The position numbers were made by a program, and so were the translations under genes. Positions 38,704-48,143 of a stretch of DNA of 57,318 nucleotides are shown piece by piece. Origin of the DNA: a virus. Lineage: Duplodnaviria; Caudoviricetes. Within the stretch, counting starts at the first letter, position 1, and the number at the start of each line of letters is the position of its first letter. The DNA is taken from positions 1 through 57,318 of the IMG/VR virus record IMGVR_UViG_3300020182_000041; one strand, given 5' to 3'. The notes under the pieces were generated by a model. The model was not told the origin of the DNA, ran no database searches, and saw nothing but the letters and a program-made list of their open reading frames with translations.

Positions 38704-41700
38704 ATGGCAGACGATATATTAAAAAACATATGGAACGAGTTATCTTCAAAAGGTAAAACTGATTCCGAATTTGACACATGGAAAACTAATGTGTATAGCA
38801 ATGAAGAAGTTCAAAATAATGTATACGGTTATTTAAAAGATAACGGTTATACAAACAGTGAATTTAGTGATTGGAAAACAAACGTTTTACCAGCAAAGAC
38901 AAACGACTCTGCAAGTGCGGATCCAGCTGTGGAGTCACAAAGCGATACGGGATCACAATCGGAAAATGGTTCTTCGGGTTCTCGAGACGCTAGTGATTTT
39001 GAAAATACTCAAGAAAAAGCTACCGCAATTGAAAGGACATTTGGTAAAAATGAATTTACTGATTTTGTAGGAGATATATATAGAGCATGGGATGCTGGTA
39101 CAGAAGCAGGTGGTTCTGTTAATGAAGCTTTTGATGTTTATAAAGGTAAAGATTCAACAGATAAAGAACTATATGCTTTTTTAGATAAAACAAGAAATAT
39201 AGAAGAAAAGGGGCAGACAGATGAAATGATCGGTGTTTCTGAAAAAATGGCTGAATTAAAAAAAGAAGGTTACAATGGTGTAAGTGCTTTTTTTGGAGCA
39301 TGGTGGAATAACCCTACAGCTATGCTACAATATACTGTTATGTCTTTAAGTCAAATGGGAAGAGCTTTAGTAGATAGTGAGGAAGTGGCTGGCACAGCAG
39401 CAGCAGTGTCAGGAGCAGCAGCTTTAACTGGTGGTGGAACAGGAGCAGCCTTAACCGCTTGGTCAGGACCAGGAGCTTTGTTTGGAGCAGGTGCTGGTGC
39501 AATAAGCGGAGCTATTGGTGGATTTTTTGGAGGATTATCTGGAGCTATGGAAACAGGTATGACCACAGCTGCTTTAATACAAGAAGAAGCTGTTAAAGAT
39601 GGTTTAGATTGGGGTAATTTATCAGATAAAGAAAGATTTGATTATGTTAGAAAATTACAAAATGATACTGAAAAGTTTAATCAAATAAAAAGCAATGCTT
39701 TAGCAAGGGGTGTATCCATCGGAGCGATTGATGGCGTTGTTGGCGCAATATCTGGAGGTGTGGGTACAGCCGCTAGAACAACAGTAGCTGCTGGAAGTCG
39801 AAGTGCATTAGCTGGAGCTGCTAAAGTAGCATCAGTTGCTGCGTTAGAAACAACAGGCGGAATGCTTAGTGAAGTTGCTGGACAAGCCGCCGCGGGGCAA
39901 GAGTTTAATTTAGAAGAGATTCTTATTGAAGGTTTTGCTGATAAAACATTTACAGGAATAAGTTTAGCTCAAGCGGCAACACAAGGTGCTCCTAAATATA
40001 TATTAAATGGACAAAAATTAAATGGAAAACAGTTTTCAGATGCTCTTAAAATAATGAGTGATGAAGCTTATGTTTCTGCTGATATTAAAATAGAAAATTC
40101 ACCTGCTGTTCAACAATTAGTAAATAATAGAAGACAAGATATTGCAGCAGATCAAAAAGTAGATAGTAGAATAAATGATATAAACGATAGAGCTACTGCT
40201 ATAAAATTAACAAAAGAACAAAATAGTTTAAAAGGAAACCAAGAAGGGAACAAAACTAGATTAGATCAAATAAAAGGAGAACTTAACACTATTTCAGAAA
40301 AGTATGCTGACTCTGACGTTGATGTAACAATAGAACAAAGACAACAAGCTGTAGCAGAAGCTGTTGATAACAAGTTTGAATCTAATTTTAATAAAAACTA
40401 TAAAGCAGCAAGCGAAGCAGGTAAAAAAATAGGTCTTAAAACAACGGTATATAAAACAGATCTAGGTTATAAAAAAGCTATTGAGAAAGCATTTGGAAAA
40501 TTGCCAGAAGGCTGGGACAGTAGTGAAGGGGTGTTCGCGGGTAATGGAAAGTTATTTATAAATAAAGCAAAGGCTAAGCGTAGCATAGATATATCTACAG
40601 GAAATACAGGAGCTATATCAGTTGCAAGTCATGAAGTGTTACACCCTATATTCAATGCTTTAATCGGTGACGCTAAAACCCAAAGTGAGTTTGTTCAACA
40701 GTTTAGAAAACGAATGACTAGTAAGCAAAAAACCTATGTAGACTCTCAAATAAAAAAGAGAGGTTATGGTCAAGAGCTTACTGGTATAGAATTAATGAAC
40801 ATTTTTTCTGATGGTATAATAAAAAATGAAATAACCTATGATCAAACATTTTTTGAAAAGGTAGGCGAGAGTATTATAAGATTATTCAAAGGAGAAGGAT
40901 TTGACAGACTGTCTTTTGACAATGGTCAAGACGTATACAATTTTCTTAAAGAATACAACACAAGTATAAAAGAGGGCAAGCTAAGTGATAAAGCAATTAC
41001 CACTATAAAAGAAGCTGAAACTAAAAAGAAAACTAAAGTTTCTGATGCTAAATTATTAAAAGAAGAACAGTTTTCAAAAACATTAACACCTGAACAAAAC
41101 ACGGAGTTTGCTGCAGATATATCTACTATAAAAAGTTTAGCTGCAGAGAATGCTGCAATAGCTAAGAAGTTTGGTAAAGAGCCTATCAAAGGCGCTAAGC
41201 AATCTAGGTTAGAACAAAAAGTTTTAGCAGGCATTAAAACATTGGTAGACAAAGTAGTAACAAATAGAACAAAAGCATTATATGATCCTATAGCAGACGA
41301 TGCTAAAAGAAATGTATCTAGACAAGAGTTTAAAGATTCTATGAAGGTTGATCTTGAAACGATGGCTTTAAATGAATACAACGGATCACAAGAGTTAGAG
41401 AAATTCATTGTAAATAGAGGATATTTAAGAGCAAACAACTTAGCTAAAAGATTAGGTATTGAATCACAAGAAGACGGAGGTATAAAAGCCGATGTTGATT
41501 CTGCTAAAAATATAACCAATACGAAAGACGAACAAACAATTGATCGTAGCGGAGCTGTAGAGCGTGGTCAGGCGACGTTTGACGAGCTTGATATTGTAGA
41601 TGATAAGTTAATATCTGAAATAGAATTAGAGCTCTCTAAGGAGCTTAAATTGCGTGCTAGAAAAGGTACACTTTCTCAAATGGTTTCTGTTAAAAAGGGA

Positions 41701-44700
41701 AGAGAAACTTATTTTGTATCTTGGTTAGAAGATTTTGTAGATAAAAAATTATTTAAAAAAATATTAAAAAAGTGGGGAGCAATTGGTGAATCAAAAGGTG
41801 TTACTGTTATACCTCCTGGTTATATAGATTTTTTAAATAGCAAAAAAGCTTTTGATATTGTTACTAAGGCTTTACCTATAAGAACTATAAAGAAAAGCTA
41901 TGCTAAGCTTTTTAAAATAGAAAAGGTTGGTAGAGAGTTAACACCTGAAGGCAATCCTATATATAAAATTGCACCAATAGAGAAAAAAACATTTCTTCAG
42001 TACTTTTTAGACGGTAAGAAAAATACTATATTAGAAAGGCAAAAACAATTAGCTAGAGAAATTATAACACCTGTAACTAAGGAGATTGTAGCTAACTATG
42101 CTAATGAAGAAAACATATCAAACCTTGAAGAAATACAAGAGCTTGCTCCACAAGACGCTATTGATGTAGCTAACAAAATAGTTATTGAAGCACAACTTAA
42201 CGATTTAGAGTCTAAAATCGATAGATATAAAGGAGAGAAAGAAGGATTTGACATAATACAATTTTCTATTACTAGAAAAGATTTAAAACAAATAAATGAA
42301 GCTAGTAAAACAGAATTAGATTCAGCTGAGTTTATTAAGTTCCCGAAAAGGATAAGGGACTTTATACATTACTTACATGATAAAGGTGTAATTACTGGTA
42401 ATTCTTTTGGAGGACTTATATACGAAGAGTTTATAGTTAAAACAATAAAGTCTGCCGCAAGAAAAATACCAGGGTTAAAAGTTATTTCAAATAGAGGAGC
42501 AGGTTATAATAGCCAAATCCCTGATATAACCTTACAAGTTGAAAAAGATAATAATAAGTCAAAAGTTCTTATTGAAGTTAAAAAGAATAGAAATGTTCGA
42601 TTTGGACAAGTAACTTTAGGTTTAGAAAACGGCGAAATAATAATAAGAAAAGGGGGTAAAGCTGTTGATCCGTCTACAATAGCAGGTGGTTTAAACCTAG
42701 TTAATAGAGCCGGTAATGGTAAAGAATTCTTAAACAATATATTGTCTTTAATAAATAAAGAAGAAAATACGTCTTTTAAAAATTTCCCTTTAGGTACTTC
42801 TATATCAAAAGAAACATATAAAAAAGTAACAGAGTCTAAAGATTATAAAGACTTTGTTAATTTAACAGAAGAGCTTAATCAAGAAAGAGTTGCCGCTCAT
42901 TATAATGCCAAAGGAGTATACTATATACAAATTGGAGGCAAAGGTCTTTATTATATGGGTAAAGATATATTAAATACAGGAGTACCTGAACTTAATACTG
43001 CTTTTACAGGATCAATGCGATTCAAAAAAGGTACTACAAAAAATGGTAGGAACAGTATAAGTATTGTATCAGAGCCTAAAATGAAAGGTAAATTAGACAA
43101 ATCTAATATAAGTCTTGAAACAAAAGAAGGTTCAACTGAACTTTACAATTCAATACAGTTTTCTAAAACATTAAATGAAGATTTTAATAATATTATAGAG
43201 GGAGCTACTGGTATAAAAGGTTTTAAAGTTTTTTCTGAAGCTAAAGGGAAAGTTAGAGGTCAAAACAAAGGTAAATTTAAATTTTTCATACCGCCATCTG
43301 CAGATGATTTTGCTGGTTTAGTTGGTAGGCTTTTAGGAAAAGGAGAACAAGGTAACTTAAATGCGGAGTGGTTTAAAAAGAATTTATTTAATCCGTTTGC
43401 TAAAGGCATTAGAGACTTTGAAACTTACAAAGAACAAACCACTCATATGGTTAAAGCTCTTAAAAAACGTATTAAAAATGTACCTAACGGGCTAAATAAA
43501 GTAAATGAAACAGGATTTACTAATGAAGCAGCAGTAAGAGTTTATCTTTGGGCTAAAAACGGTTATGATATTTCTGGTTTATCTAAAACTGATCAGAAAG
43601 ACTTAATTAAAATAATAAACGAGAATAAAGCTTTAAAGAAGTTTGCTGAAGAATTAAATGATACGTTTAATGGATATCCAGAACCTAACAATGACTGGTT
43701 AGCTGGAACTGTTACTACGGATATAATAAATATGGTTAATACCACTAAGCGTGCTGAGTTTTTAGAAGCTTGGCAAGAAAAAGCAGATATTATATTTTCT
43801 AAAGAAAACATAAATAAACTTAGAGCTGCTTATGGTGATAACTATGTTGAAGCATTGCAAGATATGCTTTACAGAATGAAAACCGGTAGGAATAGACCAT
43901 CAGGGGCTAACAAGCTTACGAATAAGTTTATGAACTGGGTTAATGATTCTGTAGGTACGATCATGTTCTTTAATACTAGATCAGCCTTACTACAAACATT
44001 ATCTATTGCAAACTTTATTAATTGGGGGGATAACAATCCAGCTAAAGCTGCAATGGCTTTTGCAAATCAAAAACAATTTTGGGCGGATTTTTCAATGCTT
44101 TTTAACTCTAACTTTTTAAAGCAAAGACGTTCTGGTTTAAAGAATGATGTTAATGCTGATGATATTGCAAATGCGGCAGAATCTGCTACTAATAAATCAA
44201 AAGCAGTGTTATCATCTATATTAAAGATAGGGTTCTTACCTACACAAATAGCAGATAGTTTTGCTATTGCGATGGGTGGTGCTTCTTTTATTAGGAATAG
44301 AATAAATAAATATGTTTCAGAAGGTATGGATACTAAAGCTGCTGAAGAGCAAGCTTTCTTAGATTTCCAAGAAGTAGCTGAAGAAACACAACAATCGTCT
44401 AGACCTGATAGAATATCACAACAACAGGCAAGTCCATTAGGGCGTATTATATTAGCTTTTGCAAACACTCCTATGCAATATATGAGATTAACTAAGAAAG
44501 CCTTTTTAGATCTTGTAAATAAGCGTGGTGATGCTAAAACTAATATTTCTAGAATAGTGTATTATACCTTTGTACAAAACATTATATTCTCAGCTTTGCA
44601 ATCTGCTTTATTTGCATCTATGTTTGAAGATGATGATGAAGAAGCTATAAATAACAAACAAATAAGAGTAGCAAACTCTATGCTTGATTCTATTCTTAGA

Positions 44701-45189
44701 GGTGTAGGTATTTATGGAGCTATAGCTTCTACTGGTAAAAATATAGTTTTAGAAATTGATAAGCAGGCAAAAAAAGGTAGACCTGATTTTACTCAAGCAG
44801 CTATTAGATCATTAGACTTATCACCACCATTATCATCTAAGGTTAGAAAATTAATGAGTGCAGGTAGAGCTTTTAGTTATAGTAATGTTAGAGATAAAAT
44901 GACGGGGTATGGATTAGATAATCCCGCTTTTTATGCAGGAGGTCAAGTTGTGTCTGCTTTAACTAATGTGCCTTTAGATAGAGCTATAAAGAAAGCTGAT
45001 AACATCAGAGTAGCTGTAGATAATGATACTAAGTTATGGCAATCAATAGCATTACTATTAGGATATAGCCAATGGGATTTAGGGTTAGTTGAAACATCCG
45101 CTAACAAGAAAAAGTCTGCCTGGGGTAAAATATCTAAATGGAAAAAAAATAATAGTTGGAAAAAAGAATGGAAATCTAAAAACAAATAA
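38704..45189 (+). CDS. Giant multidomain (polyvalent-like) ejection protein
   Basis: Gly-zipper membrane region, HEVLH zincin motif, PD...EVK nuclease motif, helical C-terminus with TQQS..P and ANTP; ATG at 38704 preferred. Confidence 0.75.
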   Translation: MADDILKNIWNELSSKGKTDSEFDTWKTNVYSNEEVQNNVYGYLKDNGYTNSEFSDWKTNVLPAKTNDSASADPAVESQSDTGSQSENGSSGSRDASDFENTQEKATAIERTFGKNEFTDFVGDIYRAWDAGTEAGGSVNEAFDVYKGKDSTDKELYAFLDKTRNIEEKGQTDEMIGVSEKMAELKKEGYNGVSAFFGAWWNNPTAMLQYTVMSLSQMGRALVDSEEVAGTAAAVSGAAALTGGGTGAALTAWSGPGALFGAGAGAISGAIGGFFGGLSGAMETGMTTAALIQEEAVKDGLDWGNLSDKERFDYVRKLQNDTEKFNQIKSNALARGVSIGAIDGVVGAISGGVGTAARTTVAAGSRSALAGAAKVASVAALETTGGMLSEVAGQAAAGQEFNLEEILIEGFADKTFTGISLAQAATQGAPKYILNGQKLNGKQFSDALKIMSDEAYVSADIKIENSPAVQQLVNNRRQDIAADQKVDSRINDINDRATAIKLTKEQNSLKGNQEGNKTRLDQIKGELNTISEKYADSDVDVTIEQRQQAVAEAVDNKFESNFNKNYKAASEAGKKIGLKTTVYKTDLGYKKAIEKAFGKLPEGWDSSEGVFAGNGKLFINKAKAKRSIDISTGNTGAISVASHEVLHPIFNALIGDAKTQSEFVQQFRKRMTSKQKTYVDSQIKKRGYGQELTGIELMNIFSDGIIKNEITYDQTFFEKVGESIIRLFKGEGFDRLSFDNGQDVYNFLKEYNTSIKEGKLSDKAITTIKEAETKKKTKVSDAKLLKEEQFSKTLTPEQNTEFAADISTIKSLAAENAAIAKKFGKEPIKGAKQSRLEQKVLAGIKTLVDKVVTNRTKALYDPIADDAKRNVSRQEFKDSMKVDLETMALNEYNGSQELEKFIVNRGYLRANNLAKRLGIESQEDGGIKADVDSAKNITNTKDEQTIDRSGAVERGQATFDELDIVDDKLISEIELELSKELKLRARKGTLSQMVSVKKGRETYFVSWLEDFVDKKLFKKILKKWGAIGESKGVTVIPPGYIDFLNSKKAFDIVTKALPIRTIKKSYAKLFKIEKVGRELTPEGNPIYKIAPIEKKTFLQYFLDGKKNTILERQKQLAREIITPVTKEIVANYANEENISNLEEIQELAPQDAIDVANKIVIEAQLNDLESKIDRYKGEKEGFDIIQFSITRKDLKQINEASKTELDSAEFIKFPKRIRDFIHYLHDKGVITGNSFGGLIYEEFIVKTIKSAARKIPGLKVISNRGAGYNSQIPDITLQVEKDNNKSKVLIEVKKNRNVRFGQVTLGLENGEIIIRKGGKAVDPSTIAGGLNLVNRAGNGKEFLNNILSLINKEENTSFKNFPLGTSISKETYKKVTESKDYKDFVNLTEELNQERVAAHYNAKGVYYIQIGGKGLYYMGKDILNTGVPELNTAFTGSMRFKKGTTKNGRNSISIVSEPKMKGKLDKSNISLETKEGSTELYNSIQFSKTLNEDFNNIIEGATGIKGFKVFSEAKGKVRGQNKGKFKFFIPPSADDFAGLVGRLLGKGEQGNLNAEWFKKNLFNPFAKGIRDFETYKEQTTHMVKALKKRIKNVPNGLNKVNETGFTNEAAVRVYLWAKNGYDISGLSKTDQKDLIKIINENKALKKFAEELNDTFNGYPEPNNDWLAGTVTTDIINMVNTTKRAEFLEAWQEKADIIFSKENINKLRAAYGDNYVEALQDMLYRMKTGRNRPSGANKLTNKFMNWVNDSVGTIMFFNTRSALLQTLSIANFINWGDNNPAKAAMAFANQKQFWADFSMLFNSNFLKQRRSGLKNDVNADDIANAAESATNKSKAVLSSILKIGFLPTQIADSFAIAMGGASFIRNRINKYVSEGMDTKAAEEQAFLDFQEVAEETQQSSRPDRISQQQASPLGRIILAFANTPMQYMRLTKKAFLDLVNKRGDAKTNISRIVYYTFVQNIIFSALQSALFASMFEDDDEEAINNKQIRVANSMLDSILRGVGIYGAIASTGKNIVLEIDKQAKKGRPDFTQAAIRSLDLSPPLSSKVRKLMSAGRAFSYSNVRDKMTGYGLDNPAFYAGGQVVSALTNVPLDRAIKKADNIRVAVDNDTKLWQSIALLLGYSQWDLGLVETSANKKKSAWGKISKWKKNNSWKKEWKSKNK

Positions 45190-45191
45190 AA

Positions 45192-45344
45192 ATGAGTGAT
45201 TTGAAATTATACATTATAAACGGTAGTACATTAGGTGTAACCACTCTAGCGCCTATAGAAGACTGGCTAAAGATAATATTGCTGGTTGTAACTATAGGTT
45301 ATACAATATCTAAATGGTCAAAAGTGAATGAGGACGATCAATAA
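45192..45344 (+). CDS. 50-aa membrane protein, putative holin (not in ORF track)
   Basis: MSDLKLYIINGSTLGVTTLAPIEDWLKIILLVVTIGYTISKW...; overlaps the endolysin start. Confidence 0.6.
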   Translation: MSDLKLYIINGSTLGVTTLAPIEDWLKIILLVVTIGYTISKWSKVNEDDQ

Positions 45345-45753
45345 AATAATAATACATTGCTCTGCTACACAAGAGGGTAGACACTTAGATGCTGCAGAAA
45401 TAAATCGCTGGCATTTAAAAAGAGGCTGGAAAGGTATAGGCTATCACTATGTTGTTCTACTGGATGGAACTATAGAGTATGGTCGTAGCATATACGATCC
45501 CGGGGCTCATGTTAAAAACCATAATAAAGATTCTATAGGAATTTGTTATATTGGAGGCGTAGAGTCAGAGAGAGGCTCAAACGGTAAGTGGATTGCTAAA
45601 GATACTAGAACGCCTGAGCAAAAAGAAAGCTTATTACTACTTATTAAAACATTAAAAAAAATGCACCCAACCGCAACAATACACGGTCATAATGAGTTTG
45701 CAAATAAATCTTGTCCGTGCTTTGATGCTTATAATGAATATTGTAATATATAA
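45328..45753 (+). CDS. N-acetylmuramoyl-L-alanine amidase endolysin (T7 lysozyme-like)
   Basis: IIIHCSAT, IGYHY, GAHV, SIGICYIGG, GHNE, KSCPCF. Confidence 0.93.
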   Translation: MRTINKIIIHCSATQEGRHLDAAEINRWHLKRGWKGIGYHYVVLLDGTIEYGRSIYDPGAHVKNHNKDSIGICYIGGVESERGSNGKWIAKDTRTPEQKESLLLLIKTLKKMHPTATIHGHNEFANKSCPCFDAYNEYCNI

Positions 45754-45767
45754 AACATGTATAGCAT

Positions 45768-45914
45768 ATGAGAACAAAAGGAACAGGTCCTCAAGGACTA
45801 GGAGTAAAAGGAAACAATGGATATCATATAGGATCGCCTGCTAAATGCTGGAAGACACATAAGCGAGTACCAGGTACTAAAAAAGGTGCTAAAGGTAGTT
45901 GTGAAAAGAAATAA
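45768..45914 (+). CDS. 48-aa basic protein with SPAK-CW...C motif (not in ORF track)
   Basis: MRTKGTGPQGLG...GSPAKCWKTHKRVPGTKKGAKGSCEKK. Confidence 0.65.
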   Translation: MRTKGTGPQGLGVKGNNGYHIGSPAKCWKTHKRVPGTKKGAKGSCEKK

Positions 45915-45940
45915 AAAAAGGGATCATTTCTGACCCCCTC
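45913..45940 (-). terminator. Rho-independent terminator of the minus-strand arm
   Basis: Minus strand GGGGTCA-GAAA-TGATCCC followed by a T run. Confidence 0.75.
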
Positions 45941-45942
45941 TT

Positions 45943-45970
45943 CTAACTAACTAACTAACTAACTAACTAA
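45943..45970. repeat. (CTAA)7 tandem repeat
   Basis: Seven perfect tetranucleotide units. Confidence 0.95.
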
Positions 45971-46006
45971 CCAAAAGTTATTATACTATCTAAATAGTTA
46001 TAACTT

Positions 46007-47725
46007 TTATCCATCACACGCTAAGCAATCTTCATTCATCGCTGTAGCCGCAATATCTCCACGTAGAACACTTTCTGTTCTCGTATAATATAATGTTTTA
46101 ACACCATTTTTCCATGCTTCCATGTGCACTTTATTAAGCCATTTAGGTGTTGCTTCACTTGGAAAAGCTAAATTTAAACTTACCGACTGATCTACATATT
46201 GCTGTCTCAGTCCAGCCTGATTAACTAATTCAAGTTGATTAATTTCCTTAAACGTTTTAAAAACTTCTTTAGCAGGTATGTCATGCCCCATAACAATATT
46301 ATCAAGCTCAGATATATCCTGTACAGAACCTCCATCAGCGAGTATCTTATCCCAAATTTCATTTGTATTTATTTTATGTTTCCTTAATAATTTAACTAAG
46401 GTAGGATTTTTTCTTATAAAAGTACCTTTAGCTGATTGTTCTGTGAATACGTTAGCAGCCCACGGCTCTATACCTGGCGAAACATTTCCGCTAAGTTTAC
46501 TATTGCTAACAGTGGGAGCAACAGCACGCAAGTGAGTATTGCGCATGCCAGTACCAGCACACCACAAAGGCTCGCCATAAATTTCAGAAAGATCCATAGA
46601 AGCCCTTTCGCTTTCGATTTTAATCTGACTGAATATTTTCCTAGTTTCAAACTGAGCAAGTAAACCTTCAAAAGGAATACCTTTGTCTTGGAGATAGGTA
46701 TGCCATCCGAGGACACCCAACCCAAGAGCTCTTCCTTTCTGAGCACTACGAACGGCATTTTCAAAACCTCTAAGTCCTTTTGCTCTTTGAATAAATTCCT
46801 CCATAACGCCGTCAAGAAACCATATGGCGTCGTATATAAGATTAGTATCCTTCCATTCTTCATACTTTGCTAGATTTAACGATGATAAACAACATACAAA
46901 ACTATGGTTTTCATCTGTGTGTAATGTAATTTCAGAACATATGTTTGTCATATGTACTTTTAAGCCGTTTTCTTTGTATGCTCTAGGATTTGATTTGTTA
47001 ACGTTTCCTTTAAACATAATATACGGTTCTCCAGTTGCTTTTCGTTTTCTAAGCAATTTACTCCACTTAGATCTTGCTCCTGCATCTCCTTGTTCAAGCT
47101 TTCGCATAAATTTATCACCAACAACTGCGCACTGATGTAAGTTAAGCGATTGTCTATTAACGTCTCCTTTAGGTTCTCGTATTTCAAGCCACTGTTCAAA
47201 ATCGTCATGATCAATGTTGATGTTGACGCTTGCAGCGCCCCGTCTAACTGATCCTTGATTTGTTGCAAGAATTGTTGAATCGTATATCTTGCAGAAGGGT
47301 ACGACTCCGTCTGATGTTCCATTACCTGTAATTTTAGCGCCAGCGGGTCTAATTTGATTTATGCCGATACCAACTCCACCGCCGTGCTTAGCGAGTAGCA
47401 TCATCTCTAAATTTTTACTTCCTATATCCTGTATACTATCTGCTACATCAATACCAAAGCAGCTAATAGGGAGACCGCGGTCAGTACCAGTATTGCTAAG
47501 TACAGGAGATGCCAAACATAACCAACCATTCCAAATATAATTGAAAAAGGTTTCAGCAAGTTCCGGTTTATAAAGCCTACGAGCAACAGTTTTAGAGACG
47601 CGAAGGTATGCTTCTTTAGGTGTTTCTCCGTCAAATAAATATCCCCCGGATATAGTCTTCTTGTATACGTCGTTATTACCCCACGCAGGGTAATCTTCTC
47701 CTTTGATCCATTCATTGTTCCACAT
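46007..47725 (-). CDS. nrdA: Class I ribonucleotide reductase alpha subunit, no ATP cone
   Basis: ISCF, TNICSEI, APTVS, KTLYY, C-terminal CLAC. Confidence 0.95.
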   Translation of the reverse strand: MWNNEWIKGEDYPAWGNNDVYKKTISGGYLFDGETPKEAYLRVSKTVARRLYKPELAETFFNYIWNGWLCLASPVLSNTGTDRGLPISCFGIDVADSIQDIGSKNLEMMLLAKHGGGVGIGINQIRPAGAKITGNGTSDGVVPFCKIYDSTILATNQGSVRRGAASVNINIDHDDFEQWLEIREPKGDVNRQSLNLHQCAVVGDKFMRKLEQGDAGARSKWSKLLRKRKATGEPYIMFKGNVNKSNPRAYKENGLKVHMTNICSEITLHTDENHSFVCCLSSLNLAKYEEWKDTNLIYDAIWFLDGVMEEFIQRAKGLRGFENAVRSAQKGRALGLGVLGWHTYLQDKGIPFEGLLAQFETRKIFSQIKIESERASMDLSEIYGEPLWCAGTGMRNTHLRAVAPTVSNSKLSGNVSPGIEPWAANVFTEQSAKGTFIRKNPTLVKLLRKHKINTNEIWDKILADGGSVQDISELDNIVMGHDIPAKEVFKTFKEINQLELVNQAGLRQQYVDQSVSLNLAFPSEATPKWLNKVHMEAWKNGVKTLYYTRTESVLRGDIAATAMNEDCLACDG

Positions 47726-47989
47726 TTATATTAAATGATTTATCCAGGCTATAAGCCCATTAATATTTAAAGCAACTAAATTCCATTGCTTTCTTGATGC
47801 TGTTTGTACTACCACGAATATAAAACCTATTATGTATAATTCCGGTTGTATAGTCCACTGGGCAGCAATTAAAAATCCACTACCCATATATCCTATTCTA
47901 CTCGATAATCTTTCCGTCGGTGTCAGCTTCCTTGGCCTCACCAGCGCTTTCAACCATTTTCTTTTTAAGCTCTTCAATTGCTTCTTCAT
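47726..47989 (-). CDS. Small membrane protein (start uncertain)
   Basis: About three hydrophobic segments in the C-terminal ~55 aa. Confidence 0.55.
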   Translation of the reverse strand: MKKQLKSLKRKWLKALVRPRKLTPTERLSSRIGYMGSGFLIAAQWTIQPELYIIGFIFVVVQTASRKQWNLVALNINGLIAWINHLI

Positions 47990-48128
47990 AATCAGGCATT
48001 TGTTTGATTGTTTCTAGTGTACCAACAGCAAGATCTTTTAGTTGAGGTACTTCTTGCATTAAAAACTGAACGGCTTTACCAAGCGTTTCAATTTTATTTT
48101 TCATTTCTATTATAGTTTGTTCTTTCAT
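47898..48128 (-). CDS. Hypothetical protein
   Basis: 76-aa helical ORF between nrdB and nrdA. Confidence 0.65.
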   Translation of the reverse strand: MKEQTIIEMKNKIETLGKAVQFLMQEVPQLKDLAVGTLETIKQMPDYEEAIEELKKKMVESAGEAKEADTDGKIIE

Positions 48129-48143
48129 ATATGTATTTATTTG

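Noticed and set aside
463-45185. Many minus-strand ORFs opposite structural genes (e.g. 463..984, 14001..14486, 40926..41519)
   Set aside because: Antisense shadows of well-supported genes, with no motifs or initiation context
38704-45189. crAss-type virion RNA polymerase
   Set aside because: No DxDxD catalytic motif in a credible context was seen
45943-45970. CRISPR array or telomere-like repeat
   Set aside because: Simple tetranucleotide repeat with no spacers, internal to the sequence
46278-47715. Several alternative-frame and antisense ORFs inside nrdA
   Set aside because: Explained by codon bias of a conserved enzyme gene; products have no recognisable features
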